Below, one piece after another: positions 10,176 through 19,188 of a DNA stretch of 64,000 nt. The translations under genes were made by a program, and so were the position numbers. Position 1 is the stretch's first letter; the number at the start of each line of letters is the position of its first letter. Source of the DNA: Mycoplasmatota bacterium (lineage in GTDB: Bacteria; Bacillota_I; Bacilli_A; MAG-NZ); the NCBI GenBank assembly GCA_018394315.1, contig CP074575.1, positions 1,458,615 through 1,522,614 of the forward strand. The letters run 5' to 3'. A model generated the notes under the pieces. The model was not told the DNA's origin, did not search any database, and saw nothing but the letters and a program-made list of their open reading frames with translations.

Positions 10176-10228
10176 AAAATTAGATATGCTATAATTAGAG
10201 TGAAATTATGATAAATGGGGAGAATAGT

Positions 10229-11356
10229 ATGACTAAAGGGATAATATATGTATGGAATGTTAACGGTGTAGTTAAATATGTCGGAAGAACTGTTCATACT
10301 CTAGACGAAAGAACTAGAGCTCATATAACAGAATATAAGAAGCAACTTTCAAGTGGTAATATTACTACTCAAAAATTCATCGAAGTGCATAAACTTGAAA
10401 ATAAGTGGGATGAAGTTGAATTTTCAATTATTGAAGAAGTGTCCGACCTAGGTAAACTTGGAAGTAGAGAATTGTATTGGTATAAGAAGTACAATACCGA
10501 TAACCAACTATGGAACTCGGCAATTCCTTTTGACACGGAATACTTAATACTTACGGAAGAAGAGAAGTATAAAAAATCAGTACATAAGCAATTAAGTAAA
10601 TTCATACAAAGGGAAATACTTGAAAGTGTATGGAAAATAAAGAAAGCTATCTCTGATAAAATCCACCAATTAACTTTTGTTGAGATTGAGCCAAATACAT
10701 TTGTATTAAGAGAACAACTTTCTGGGGAGAGGGTAGAGATAAGTTTAACTGAACTTACAATTACTGAATTATCCGAGTGTGTTGACAATAGACTATTTGG
10801 TAATATTTTGTATGAACTTGTTACCAAGGACTTTTACGAGAATTATGAAAAGTGGCACTCTGCTAAACCACTTGATACAGACATAGTAACGGAACACTTT
10901 AAGGATAAACTAAATAAGTTCACTATAGAAGAACAGTTAGAGTATTACGAGAGTACAAATAAATGGAAGTATTCGTCCAAACACGAAAAGCACGATAAGA
11001 AAGTAGAGAGAAACGAATTTTTGCGTAACTTTGATAAAGAGTATGAGGAGTTAATCAAAGGTAACTCGAGAAATTGGTTTATCAAGAGAAAACCAAAAGA
11101 CATATTGGACGAATTATTTAAAAAGTATAGCAATAGCGAGTTTATAGCCACTCTTATGACCTATATAAGGGGTAAAAATACTGGTGGAGGACAATCTTTT
11201 AATATGACAACCAATAAGTATAAGAAAATAAGTGACCTTGACAGAGAGATTATATTCGATAAATACCATTACAAAAATGGTGGTTATAAGTCATTTTTTG
11301 GGCTTGATAATAATACAACTACTTATATAATAAATGTGAGAAACAAGAAAAAGTAA
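10229..11356 (+). CDS. GIY-YIG-type nuclease domain protein (cassette I)
   Basis: GIIY...YVGRT...ERTRAH...RELYW...WN motif order typical of GIY-YIG. Confidence 0.75.
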   Translation: MTKGIIYVWNVNGVVKYVGRTVHTLDERTRAHITEYKKQLSSGNITTQKFIEVHKLENKWDEVEFSIIEEVSDLGKLGSRELYWYKKYNTDNQLWNSAIPFDTEYLILTEEEKYKKSVHKQLSKFIQREILESVWKIKKAISDKIHQLTFVEIEPNTFVLREQLSGERVEISLTELTITELSECVDNRLFGNILYELVTKDFYENYEKWHSAKPLDTDIVTEHFKDKLNKFTIEEQLEYYESTNKWKYSSKHEKHDKKVERNEFLRNFDKEYEELIKGNSRNWFIKRKPKDILDELFKKYSNSEFIATLMTYIRGKNTGGGQSFNMTTNKYKKISDLDREIIFDKYHYKNGGYKSFFGLDNNTTTYIINVRNKKK

Positions 11357-11751
11357 AAAAAGAAGAACTACACGATTTAAAAATTTTGGAACTAAACGAA
11401 CTAGATTATCTAATTGTATACAAAACACGATTTAATTATTTTCTACAAGGTATTGAAAATAGAAAACGTTTTAAAAAAAATCTTTGAAAAAAATCAATAT
11501 TAATCTTCTCTTATTTGTTATTATGATTATTATCGTTTTACGTGTAAGCTAATCATGGTTATAATACAAGTATAAAAACAACACAGACATATTTACATTT
11601 GACTTCAAAAAAAATACAAAGCAAACATAAACAATATTCACCAATAAATAAGTTTGCTTATACAAAAAAAGTAAGCGATGTCCCCATACCTAAAATATAG
11701 AATGTTCCCACACCTAGAATGGACTCTTTTCGCTTACCTATGATTTTTTTA

Positions 11752-11883
11752 TGGCACCCCAGGAGAGATTAGAACTCTCTAAACACTGATTTAAGCTTAT
11801 AAATTATTAAGATTTCAAGCCATTATATCATACGACATGGAAGCTGGCTTTTCACCCTAAAAAAAAATGAAAAAATATTTTTT
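11752..11883 (+). repeat. att/arm module R10 (full tRNA 3' end, one mismatch), preceded by element-end hairpin
   Basis: CGCTTACCTATG...TGGCACCCCAGGAGAGATTAGAACTC. Confidence 0.95.
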
Positions 11884-12038
11884 GCTTTGAATATTGTGAC
11901 TCAATAGATTAATAATAGACAATAACGAATAACAGAATAAGACTTTTAACTAACAAAATCCAATTGTATCAGAGTTTAGTATAGATAGAAATATGATATA
12001 ATTTGATAAGTAGAACACGTTTACGAAGAGGGGATAAG

Positions 12039-13181
12039 ATGAAAGAAAAAAACAGTTTCCTTATAACTAAATATATTCATCCATTAGAGAGAAAAATTGT
12101 GCTTGATGAAGATAGAAATATAATTTTTGATAATCCTAAAACAATTGAGGAGATAACCTTTATAGAAAATATCATAAAAAAAACATATTTTGCCTATAAA
12201 CTTGACGACTTTGGAAAAAAATTCGCTAAGGCTGCAAACTCGAATGAGAGTATGATCGATAAATTTGACGAGAACGATGAATTACTTACTCTCAAGCTAT
12301 ATTATTTTTCATACATGAGAGATGTTGGAAAACATGATAGTTTTATAAAGGAATTTAAAGAATCAAATTTGGAATCTTCTAAATCTAACATATTTAACCT
12401 GATATCAAGAATGAGTATTATTATTAGATACGAGGAAGAAGAAAAACAGAATATTAGTGGAAAAGAGATATGCACAATGTACTCAAATCTACTGTACTTA
12501 GTATGCAATAATGATTTTGGAGGAAAATTGGAGCATTTGTCAATTCATGTTAATAATGATGACTCAAATTTTATAAATAAAGATTATGCAAGTCTATTTG
12601 AAAACCTAGCAAACACATATTTTTATTCTTATACAAACACTCCTGAAAATTCATTTCACTATACAATTAATGAGTACATAAAATGGAGTAAGCTTATTAA
12701 TGAATTTACAACTAAAGATAAAATAGATAAGTTAATCTATTTATCAAATATTTTGGAACTTATAAACAACAGCAAAAAAAATTACAATTATAAGGTTCTA
12801 AGTTTAGTTAGTATACTTGAACTATTTTTAACTCACAACCCAAATTATATGAGATACAATATCGAAGACTCTATCAGCAAACAGTTTACACTTAAGGTAG
12901 CTATAGTTATGCATTACGACAATCCTAAAATAGACTTGATTAAGTTAGACGAGAAATTGAAATTCATTTATAATATACGATCTAACATAGCACATGGAAA
13001 TTTTGCAAAGAATAATAAACTGATGAACAAGTTTTATGATTATTACGAGTGCGATAAGAGTAATAGTGATCTCGAAGAAAAATTTAAGATAATTTCTGAT
13101 GATCTATACTCGATAGTCTCGATATTATTAAAAAGATATTTTACTAATTCGCAATTTATTGATTTTTTGAAAGAAAAATAA
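12039..13181 (+). CDS. HEPN-domain protein, ApeA-like, putative defence RNase (cassette J)
   Basis: LVSILELFL helix plus YNIRSNIAHG (RxxxxH) motif. Confidence 0.75.
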   Translation: MKEKNSFLITKYIHPLERKIVLDEDRNIIFDNPKTIEEITFIENIIKKTYFAYKLDDFGKKFAKAANSNESMIDKFDENDELLTLKLYYFSYMRDVGKHDSFIKEFKESNLESSKSNIFNLISRMSIIIRYEEEEKQNISGKEICTMYSNLLYLVCNNDFGGKLEHLSIHVNNDDSNFINKDYASLFENLANTYFYSYTNTPENSFHYTINEYIKWSKLINEFTTKDKIDKLIYLSNILELINNSKKNYNYKVLSLVSILELFLTHNPNYMRYNIEDSISKQFTLKVAIVMHYDNPKIDLIKLDEKLKFIYNIRSNIAHGNFAKNNKLMNKFYDYYECDKSNSDLEEKFKIISDDLYSIVSILLKRYFTNSQFIDFLKEK

Positions 13182-13196
13182 TTCTATTTTGATTTT

Positions 13197-13312
13197 ATTC
13201 GAACTCTCTAAACACTGATTTAAACTTATATGTTATTAAGATTTCAAGACATTATGCCATGCAACATGAATACTGGATTTCTACCCTTTAATAAACAGAA
13301 TTTAATTCTGTT
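13197..13312 (+). repeat. att/arm module R11 (diverged)
   Basis: ATTCGAACTCTCTAAACACTG...; hairpin AACAGAAT/ATTCTGTT. Confidence 0.9.
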
Positions 13313-13313
13313 C

Positions 13314-13412
13314 TTAAATTTCCTTGTCTAAGATTCTGACAGTATACTTTTTCTTAGTGTAATCGTACTCTATTGATAAGTAGATAACCTATCAGTAAAA
13401 ACCGCATTTATT
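13314..13412 (-). pseudogene. 3' remnant of a paralogue of the HTH gene 15026..15259
   Basis: Encodes INAV...YLSIEYDYTKKKYTV with a frameshift; TTAGTGTAATCGTACTCTATTGATAAGTAGATAA is identical to the ~15066-15099 segment. Confidence 0.85.
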
Positions 13413-13726
13413 ACGAAACGACATATCATTGACCAAAATAAAGTCTCATAAGAGACTTTTTAGTTTGCTTAGGAATTAATGACTCAACAAATATAATAAT
13501 AGAACAGTTGTCGTAAGTGTAATGATTCGTCAATGCCACAACTCGATGATATTCGAACATCAGTGTAGAGCCTCACGACCACAAGTTACTCTTTATGCAG
13601 TGTTGGAGGCAGAATCAATATGGGTTAGATTGTTTTTACGTAATTAACGAAAAGAAAAATGTAGAAAATTGTATATCTCTACTGTATACTTTAAGTAGAG
13701 AGTAGAATAGCAGGAGGGAGAATTAT

Positions 13727-14335
13727 ATGTTTTTAGTTTTAGATGAATCTGGAACATTTTCAAATAAGAAGCAAAGATATTACATAATTGGTGGTTACTT
13801 GACTAATGATTTAAATAAAGTTAAGTCAATTCATCGAAAGAAAGAAGCAATAATCAAGCGAAGAAAAAAAATACCTTTAAAAGCCAATGTTGAATTTAAA
13901 GCACATAGACTTCTCCCAAATGATCAGGCAATGTTTATAAATGCAATAACTGAAGAAAGCAATATTCATCCAGTTGCAATAATAGTGGACAAAAATTCGA
14001 TACAAAATGAGATTTCAGAGAATGGTGCATATTTTATATATTTGAAATTACTTATTAAGAAAGTTATTAACCAATTCAACTTAAAAGATTGTAACCTAGA
14101 GATACTTTTGGATAACCGAACTTTTAATGAAAAACATAAAAATGAATTCTTGCTTGAAACGAAATATTTTTATGACGGAAGATTAAGTCTGGAATTTCTT
14201 GAGTCACACCATAAAAGAGAGATACAAGTAGCAGATTACATAGCGAATTTTCTATATGTTAAGTATAATAAAGATGAACAAAAATACAAAACCAGAATTA
14301 AAAACTTGGATAAATTTTTTATTGTAATTATCTAG
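13727..14335 (+). CDS. DUF3800 family (RNase H-like) protein (cassette K)
   Basis: N-terminal LDESG, EFK and C-terminal IQVADYIA motifs. Confidence 0.85.
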   Translation: MFLVLDESGTFSNKKQRYYIIGGYLTNDLNKVKSIHRKKEAIIKRRKKIPLKANVEFKAHRLLPNDQAMFINAITEESNIHPVAIIVDKNSIQNEISENGAYFIYLKLLIKKVINQFNLKDCNLEILLDNRTFNEKHKNEFLLETKYFYDGRLSLEFLESHHKREIQVADYIANFLYVKYNKDEQKYKTRIKNLDKFFIVII

Positions 14336-14356
14336 CTGCTTCTATCTATTTAAAAT

Positions 14357-14737
14357 AAAAAAGTGAATTTCTTCACTTTTTTAGCTCATAGGTGTCACGT
14401 ACTTACATTACGCTTAGGCGAACTCCCTATCAACCGGCTTACCTACCGAGTCTTGTTAATATATTTTAACATACAGAACACCGTATGTAAAGTATAAAAA
14501 AAGCAGCAAAAAGCAGCTTTCTCTAGCTCATAGGTGTCACGTACTTATATTACGCTTAGGCGAACTCCTCATCAACCGACTTACCTACCGAGTCTTGTTA
14601 ACTAATATTAACATACAGAAAACTATTTGTAAAGTATAAAGAAAGCAGGTAAAACCGCTTTCTTTAGCTCGTAGGTGTCACGTACTTACATTACGATTAG
14701 GCGAATTCCATCAACCGACTTACCTACCGAGTCTTAT
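14357..14737 (-). ncRNA. Three tandem ~100-nt structured sRNA genes (period 141-142 bp) convergent with the DUF3800 gene
   Basis: ~75-bp conserved units at 14382, 14524, 14665; TTTACA-17-TAAAAT/TAATAT promoters for two units; hairpin plus U tract after each. Confidence 0.75.
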
Positions 14738-14925
14738 TGAGAATTCTCACTAATATTATGTCCGTTTTATATATTATATTAAAATTAGTGCTTTTTGCTA
14801 ATTTCAAATGTGTACATCAACTAAACCTTCTACATCCTTCTCGTAAGTTCTTGACACTTAGTACTATAAATAGGTGTTAATTGTTGAATAAAAGGATATT
14901 TTCTATCTTATTATCGGTGTTGGCG

Positions 14926-15026
14926 ACTGAAACTAAGGTTAATCTTATTAAAATTTAAGACGTAATCTCATTCAGCATGTAAACTGGCTTTCCAACCTAG
15001 AAAAAAACAGAAGTAAATTCTGTTTT
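14926..15026 (+). repeat. Degenerate arm module R12 lacking the att core
   Basis: CATGTAAACTGGCTTTCCAACCTAGAAAAAAACAGAA...TTCTGTTTTT. Confidence 0.75.
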
Positions 15027-15259
15027 TAATTATCTCCCTCTAAGTCATTGACAGTATACATCTTTTTAGTGTAATCGTACTCTATTGATAAGTAGATAAA
15101 TCTATTGGCAAGAACAGCGTTGATTCTTTGAAAATGATTTCTAATTGTTTTTTCAGAAACTCCGTAGTGTTCTGCCAGGTCTGATTTCTTTAACTCTTTC
15201 TTCTCAATTACGAACATTATAAGTAATTCTAATGCTGTCTCAATGATCCTGCTTTCCAT
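15026..15259 (-). CDS. Small HTH DNA-binding protein
   Basis: KSDLAEHYGVSEKTIRNHFQRI HTH. Confidence 0.8.
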   Translation of the reverse strand: MESRIIETALELLIMFVIEKKELKKSDLAEHYGVSEKTIRNHFQRINAVLANRFIYLSIEYDYTKKMYTVNDLEGDN

Positions 15260-15455
15260 TTTTTCACCCAGTAAAAATAATAACAATAATGAACTCCATA
15301 AATATTATTTACTCGCTCTCAAATTCAGTAAAAGAAGAAAAATATATTAAACAAAGAGGGACGTCTATCCCTTATACTTATATGAAGTATTTTATATCTG
15401 CTACAAAAAAAGAAGATATCGAATTCAATACCAGGTCAAAACAATAATCAAAGAT

Positions 15456-16229
15456 TTATATAATCTTCTCTTTGTCAATTCTCTTACCTAAAACAGATTG
15501 TATAGATTTCTTGCAACCAATTATGCATTTATAACTACCCCTCAACATTTCAGAAGACACCATGCTATTATTCAACCAATCTGCGAGTGAGTCAGATTCT
15601 ATATACATTATCTTAGCATCTAAGGCTTGTTTAACAAATTCAGGTACATTAGTAAATATTATTCCTAATACTGGAGTAAGTGGTAAAAACAGTACAGTGC
15701 CTTCACTTTTGTGAACAACCACTCCCATCATATAACTAGGTGATAAAATAAATTGATGTGAAGACTCGTTCTTAACTGGCATAAATGTAAGTCCTTGAGT
15801 AATATTAGATTCCTTAGGATTATTATTATAAAACTCTAACAGTCTGGGAAGTGTTAGTTCTCCTTGAATTCCAAAGTCTTCCTTATACATGTTGTTTAAG
15901 TCATCAACTATATAGTTATTTCTTAGTGTCAGTAAATCAAATGCTATTCTTATCTTTTTAAATCTTTTCTTGCTAATTTTCAAGACTCCTTTCTTAGAAA
16001 GAAAATTGGAAAGTTCAGTTCTCAAAATTCTAAAAGGTGCCTCTATTTTGTCAGACAGAAATTTTTCCAATTCAGGTGAATAGTAATCCTCTGCAGTAAA
16101 CAATTTACCTACTTCCTCTAAACAATATTTCTTCTTTGATATATCAAAATATTCTATTACGAATTTCCCATCCTTCTTATAAGCCCATTGCTTTATAAAA
16201 GATTTTGGGACTATTACATGACTTCGCAT
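15456..16229 (-). CDS. DUF4238-like protein
   Basis: N-terminal HVIVPKSFIKQW, YYSPELEKFLS and LFLPLTP motifs. Confidence 0.7.
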   Translation of the reverse strand: MRSHVIVPKSFIKQWAYKKDGKFVIEYFDISKKKYCLEEVGKLFTAEDYYSPELEKFLSDKIEAPFRILRTELSNFLSKKGVLKISKKRFKKIRIAFDLLTLRNNYIVDDLNNMYKEDFGIQGELTLPRLLEFYNNNPKESNITQGLTFMPVKNESSHQFILSPSYMMGVVVHKSEGTVLFLPLTPVLGIIFTNVPEFVKQALDAKIMYIESDSLADWLNNSMVSSEMLRGSYKCIIGCKKSIQSVLGKRIDKEKII

Positions 16230-16588
16230 ATAACCCTCCTGAAAAATCTAATCTAAACCTTTAATATATTTTATTTTACCATATATGTACATTTTCCCTA
16301 TTGTAGTAAACTAACAAAGAGCTGTAATTATTACACAAAAAATATAATATAAAGTCAAATTAGTTTATTTGCTTAATATATAATTCTTCTAATTATCTTA
16401 TTAATACTTATACTGACATACCCTCCTTATACACATATACCAGGTACCATATACTCACTTTGCAAGTTCCATAAACCCATCTTATAAAACCATCTACCCA
16501 CCTTATAGATTTTTCATAAAAAAAATAATCAAGAAATTCTTGATTGTTTATATGACAATTTAAAGTTAGATTCATGAGAATCCTTTCT

Positions 16589-17437
16589 TTAAAATTGAGT
16601 CGCAAATCGGTCAAATTGCTCTGGATTTTTAGTTATTACTTGATGTCTACTTTCTAAGATTTTGTTCATGTACTCTACTCTACATTTCTTAAGCTGCAGA
16701 GTTTTGAGTAGAGCACTCTTAATATCCTCATAATCATATCTCCACCTCGATATGATAAATCTTTCTTTGGATGATAATTTACGCTTATACTCAATTTCTA
16801 CAAGCTTAATTACATCTTGGTTATTTTCTATGACCGATACTAAATCTCTAGTTTTCTTCGCTCTTCGTTGAGCGTTAATATATTTACTCCATTTATCTTT
16901 ATACTTCTTAATTGCTGATTCTAACGTTACGATTCTATATCTAATAAACTTACGAATTACTATAAGAAGTCCTCTATGCTTCTTAATGTTATATAACTTA
17001 CCCTCAATCTCATATTCTCTTACATCACGATTCATTGTAGATACTAGTCTATTTACTTCAGATTCATTTAGTGATATAAATCGTTTGGACCCATTAAAGT
17101 CTTTCATATGAACTTGTCTAGTATTAATAAGTCTTAGTTTGTTTTTAAGAATACCTAAAGCTTTATTAACTCTTGAGTCTAATCTATGTTTCTTTAACTT
17201 CATTTCTTCAGTTAGAGTTCCTAGCCTTCTAGCCTGGTTAAATTCATCCTGGAACTCTTTAGTAGTGAAATGACATCTTACTGCTAGTGAGAGAGAAGTA
17301 ATCTGAATCTCTTCTAACTCTTTATCCAACATCCAGGGTACTATAGTTTGAAACAATTTTAATGAATCTGTAAATGCATGATCCATGTACTGTCCGTTTG
17401 GATCTGTTCCAAAGAAATGAAATCTAGTTTTCTTCAT
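16589..17437 (-). CDS. Putative replication initiator with C-terminal DnaD/DnaB_2-like domain
   Basis: C-terminal EYKRKLSSKE...W...IKSAL...YMNKIL pattern; phage-like operon context. Confidence 0.6.
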   Translation of the reverse strand: MKKTRFHFFGTDPNGQYMDHAFTDSLKLFQTIVPWMLDKELEEIQITSLSLAVRCHFTTKEFQDEFNQARRLGTLTEEMKLKKHRLDSRVNKALGILKNKLRLINTRQVHMKDFNGSKRFISLNESEVNRLVSTMNRDVREYEIEGKLYNIKKHRGLLIVIRKFIRYRIVTLESAIKKYKDKWSKYINAQRRAKKTRDLVSVIENNQDVIKLVEIEYKRKLSSKERFIISRWRYDYEDIKSALLKTLQLKKCRVEYMNKILESRHQVITKNPEQFDRFATQF

Positions 17438-17455
17438 TATAGTACCCCCTTTCCT

Positions 17456-17812
17456 CTAAGCTACTGCTTTAGTAGCTCTTTTAAACTCAGTACAAATTCT
17501 TTGTATATGTCTAACACTATAATCAACTTCACTTGCTATCTGATAGTAACTTTTCTTCTTGATGATTTTAAGAAATAATACTTGGTATTGCTTATCGTTT
17601 TCTTTACTAAACTCTTCAATCTTACTTTCTATGGTTACTAGTACTTTTCTTAGTTCTGGAAGTCTTTCATGTATAGACTGTAACTCCTCTTCAGTATTAC
17701 CTCTTGTATTAAGATTCTTTAACACATACTCTCTTAACTCTAAGTAACTAATCTCATCTTTAATCTCGCTATAAGATTGAAATGTCTTATATGTAAACTT
17801 TGAAACGGACAT
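17456..17812 (-). CDS. Phage-type regulator (RinA/ArpU/DUF1492-like, sigma region-4 HTH)
   Basis: KSYYQIASEVDYSVRHIQRI. Confidence 0.65.
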   Translation of the reverse strand: MSVSKFTYKTFQSYSEIKDEISYLELREYVLKNLNTRGNTEEELQSIHERLPELRKVLVTIESKIEEFSKENDKQYQVLFLKIIKKKSYYQIASEVDYSVRHIQRICTEFKRATKAVA

Positions 17813-17825
17813 TTAGTCACCTCAT

Positions 17826-18113
17826 TTATAATCGAGTTATATCTCGTTTTTGTCTTTCAATACTTCTATGATATTCAATAGCTCTTTTAATCTCTTCAAC
17901 ATCAATACATACTAGTGGTTTATCAGATACTTCATGTACAGCACTACACATTAACGTGGCCACATACGTCCAACCATCTATTGTTGTTAGTACCTGGACA
18001 CTAACTTTATTTAAGTTTACTTTCTTAATGATTCCACTAAGTTTGGTTTTAGAGAAGAAACCATTATAAACACCTTTAAAATACTTTCCATTATCGCTAG
18101 TACTTAGTACCAT
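17826..18113 (-). CDS. Hypothetical protein
   Basis: GAGGTG RBS; within the leftward operon. Confidence 0.7.
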   Translation of the reverse strand: MVLSTSDNGKYFKGVYNGFFSKTKLSGIIKKVNLNKVSVQVLTTIDGWTYVATLMCSAVHEVSDKPLVCIDVEEIKRAIEYHRSIERQKRDITRL

Positions 18114-18125
18114 AAAATCACCTCT

Positions 18126-18422
18126 TTACTTCAAATAAAATATTTCTTTATCATCAATAAATGCTTCAGTAATTTCACTTCGAGCTTTAACTGCTAGTTC
18201 ATGTGTATCATACACACCTAATAGAAAGACATGATGACCACTCACTGCCTCTACTGTATAGTCTCTTGTGTTATGTCCTCTTATCTTATAAAGAAGTTGT
18301 TTAAATATCTTCACATAACCAAAATCATCTCTTAACTCATCTTTAATCAAACCTTCATCAACAACGATACTTACATCCTCGTAATTAACATCAACCTCCA
18401 AGTCCTTACTAATTACTCTCAT
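18126..18422 (-). CDS. Hypothetical phage-type protein
   Basis: ATG after GGAGGA, overlapping the MTase end. Confidence 0.65.
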   Translation of the reverse strand: MRVISKDLEVDVNYEDVSIVVDEGLIKDELRDDFGYVKIFKQLLYKIRGHNTRDYTVEAVSGHHVFLLGVYDTHELAVKARSEITEAFIDDKEIFYLK

Positions 18423-19188
18423 TAACTTCCTCCATCTTTTCAAAATCTGTAAATATACTTGTTTGTCCACTCGCAGTAATTCCATTAATTCTATCTAACG
18501 CTATCTTGTAATATTGTGGATCAATTTCAAAACCTATGTAATTACGTTTTAACTCTTTAGCTGCTACTGCAGTTGTACCTGAACCTATAAAGAAGTCAGC
18601 TACTATATCTCCTTCATCACTAGAATTGATAATGAAGTTCTTTATAAACTTTAGAGGTTTTATAGTCGGATGTAGAAATAAATCCTTTTCTTCCTGATTA
18701 GTTTTACGAATATAGAACTTATGCTTTGTGTGATAGTTTCCTTTGAGTCTAACGCCTCGTTCTCTAAAATAGAAGCAATACTCTATATCAGGTAAGAATG
18801 TATTGTTAACGGCTGGTGTTGGATTAGTTTTACACCAGACTAATAACTCAAAGTTACACTCATACTTATCAAAGAAATCAAAGTACTGTTTTAGTTGTCT
18901 CTTATTACACCAGATGTATATGTTTATCTTTTTCATCACTCTAACCATCTCTAGTAATAGTTCGTTATCGATTCCTATATGTAAGTTTTTATTCTTTAAC
19001 TCGTGTTGTACTTTACTCATACCTCTAGTAACGGCACAAGAACTATTTAATCCATTCTCACAAGTACTCATCTGTAATTTATAGGGTGGGTCAATAACAA
19101 TTAAGTCGATACTGTTATCCGGTATCTCTTTAATAGCCTTATAACTATCAACATTGTAAATATTGTTCAGATTATATTTTCCTAGCAT
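18409..19188 (-). CDS. Orphan N6A/N4C DNA methyltransferase (beta class)
   Basis: DPPY precedes HPTIKP and DFFIGSGTT motifs. Confidence 0.92.
   Translation of the reverse strand: MLGKYNLNNIYNVDSYKAIKEIPDNSIDLIVIDPPYKLQMSTCENGLNSSCAVTRGMSKVQHELKNKNLHIGIDNELLLEMVRVMKKINIYIWCNKRQLKQYFDFFDKYECNFELLVWCKTNPTPAVNNTFLPDIEYCFYFRERGVRLKGNYHTKHKFYIRKTNQEEKDLFLHPTIKPLKFIKNFIINSSDEGDIVADFFIGSGTTAVAAKELKRNYIGFEIDPQYYKIALDRINGITASGQTSIFTDFEKMEEVNESN

Noticed and set aside
330..13312. Module array as a CRISPR array
   Set aside because: Units are ~125 bp, spacers are gene-sized and variable, there are no cas genes, and the core derives from the tRNA
14382..14737. Three repeats as a CRISPR array
   Set aside because: Repeats are ~75 bp; the intervening segments resemble each other and are promoter/terminator sequences
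16408..16614. 68-aa ORF, or iteron-like origin downstream of rep
   Set aside because: No clear RBS or motif; only weak AAA(A/C)CCATC repeats, too little to call either
18409..19188. Complete restriction-modification system
   Set aside because: No adjacent endonuclease; the GIY-YIG gene is 7 kb away in a separate att-bounded unit
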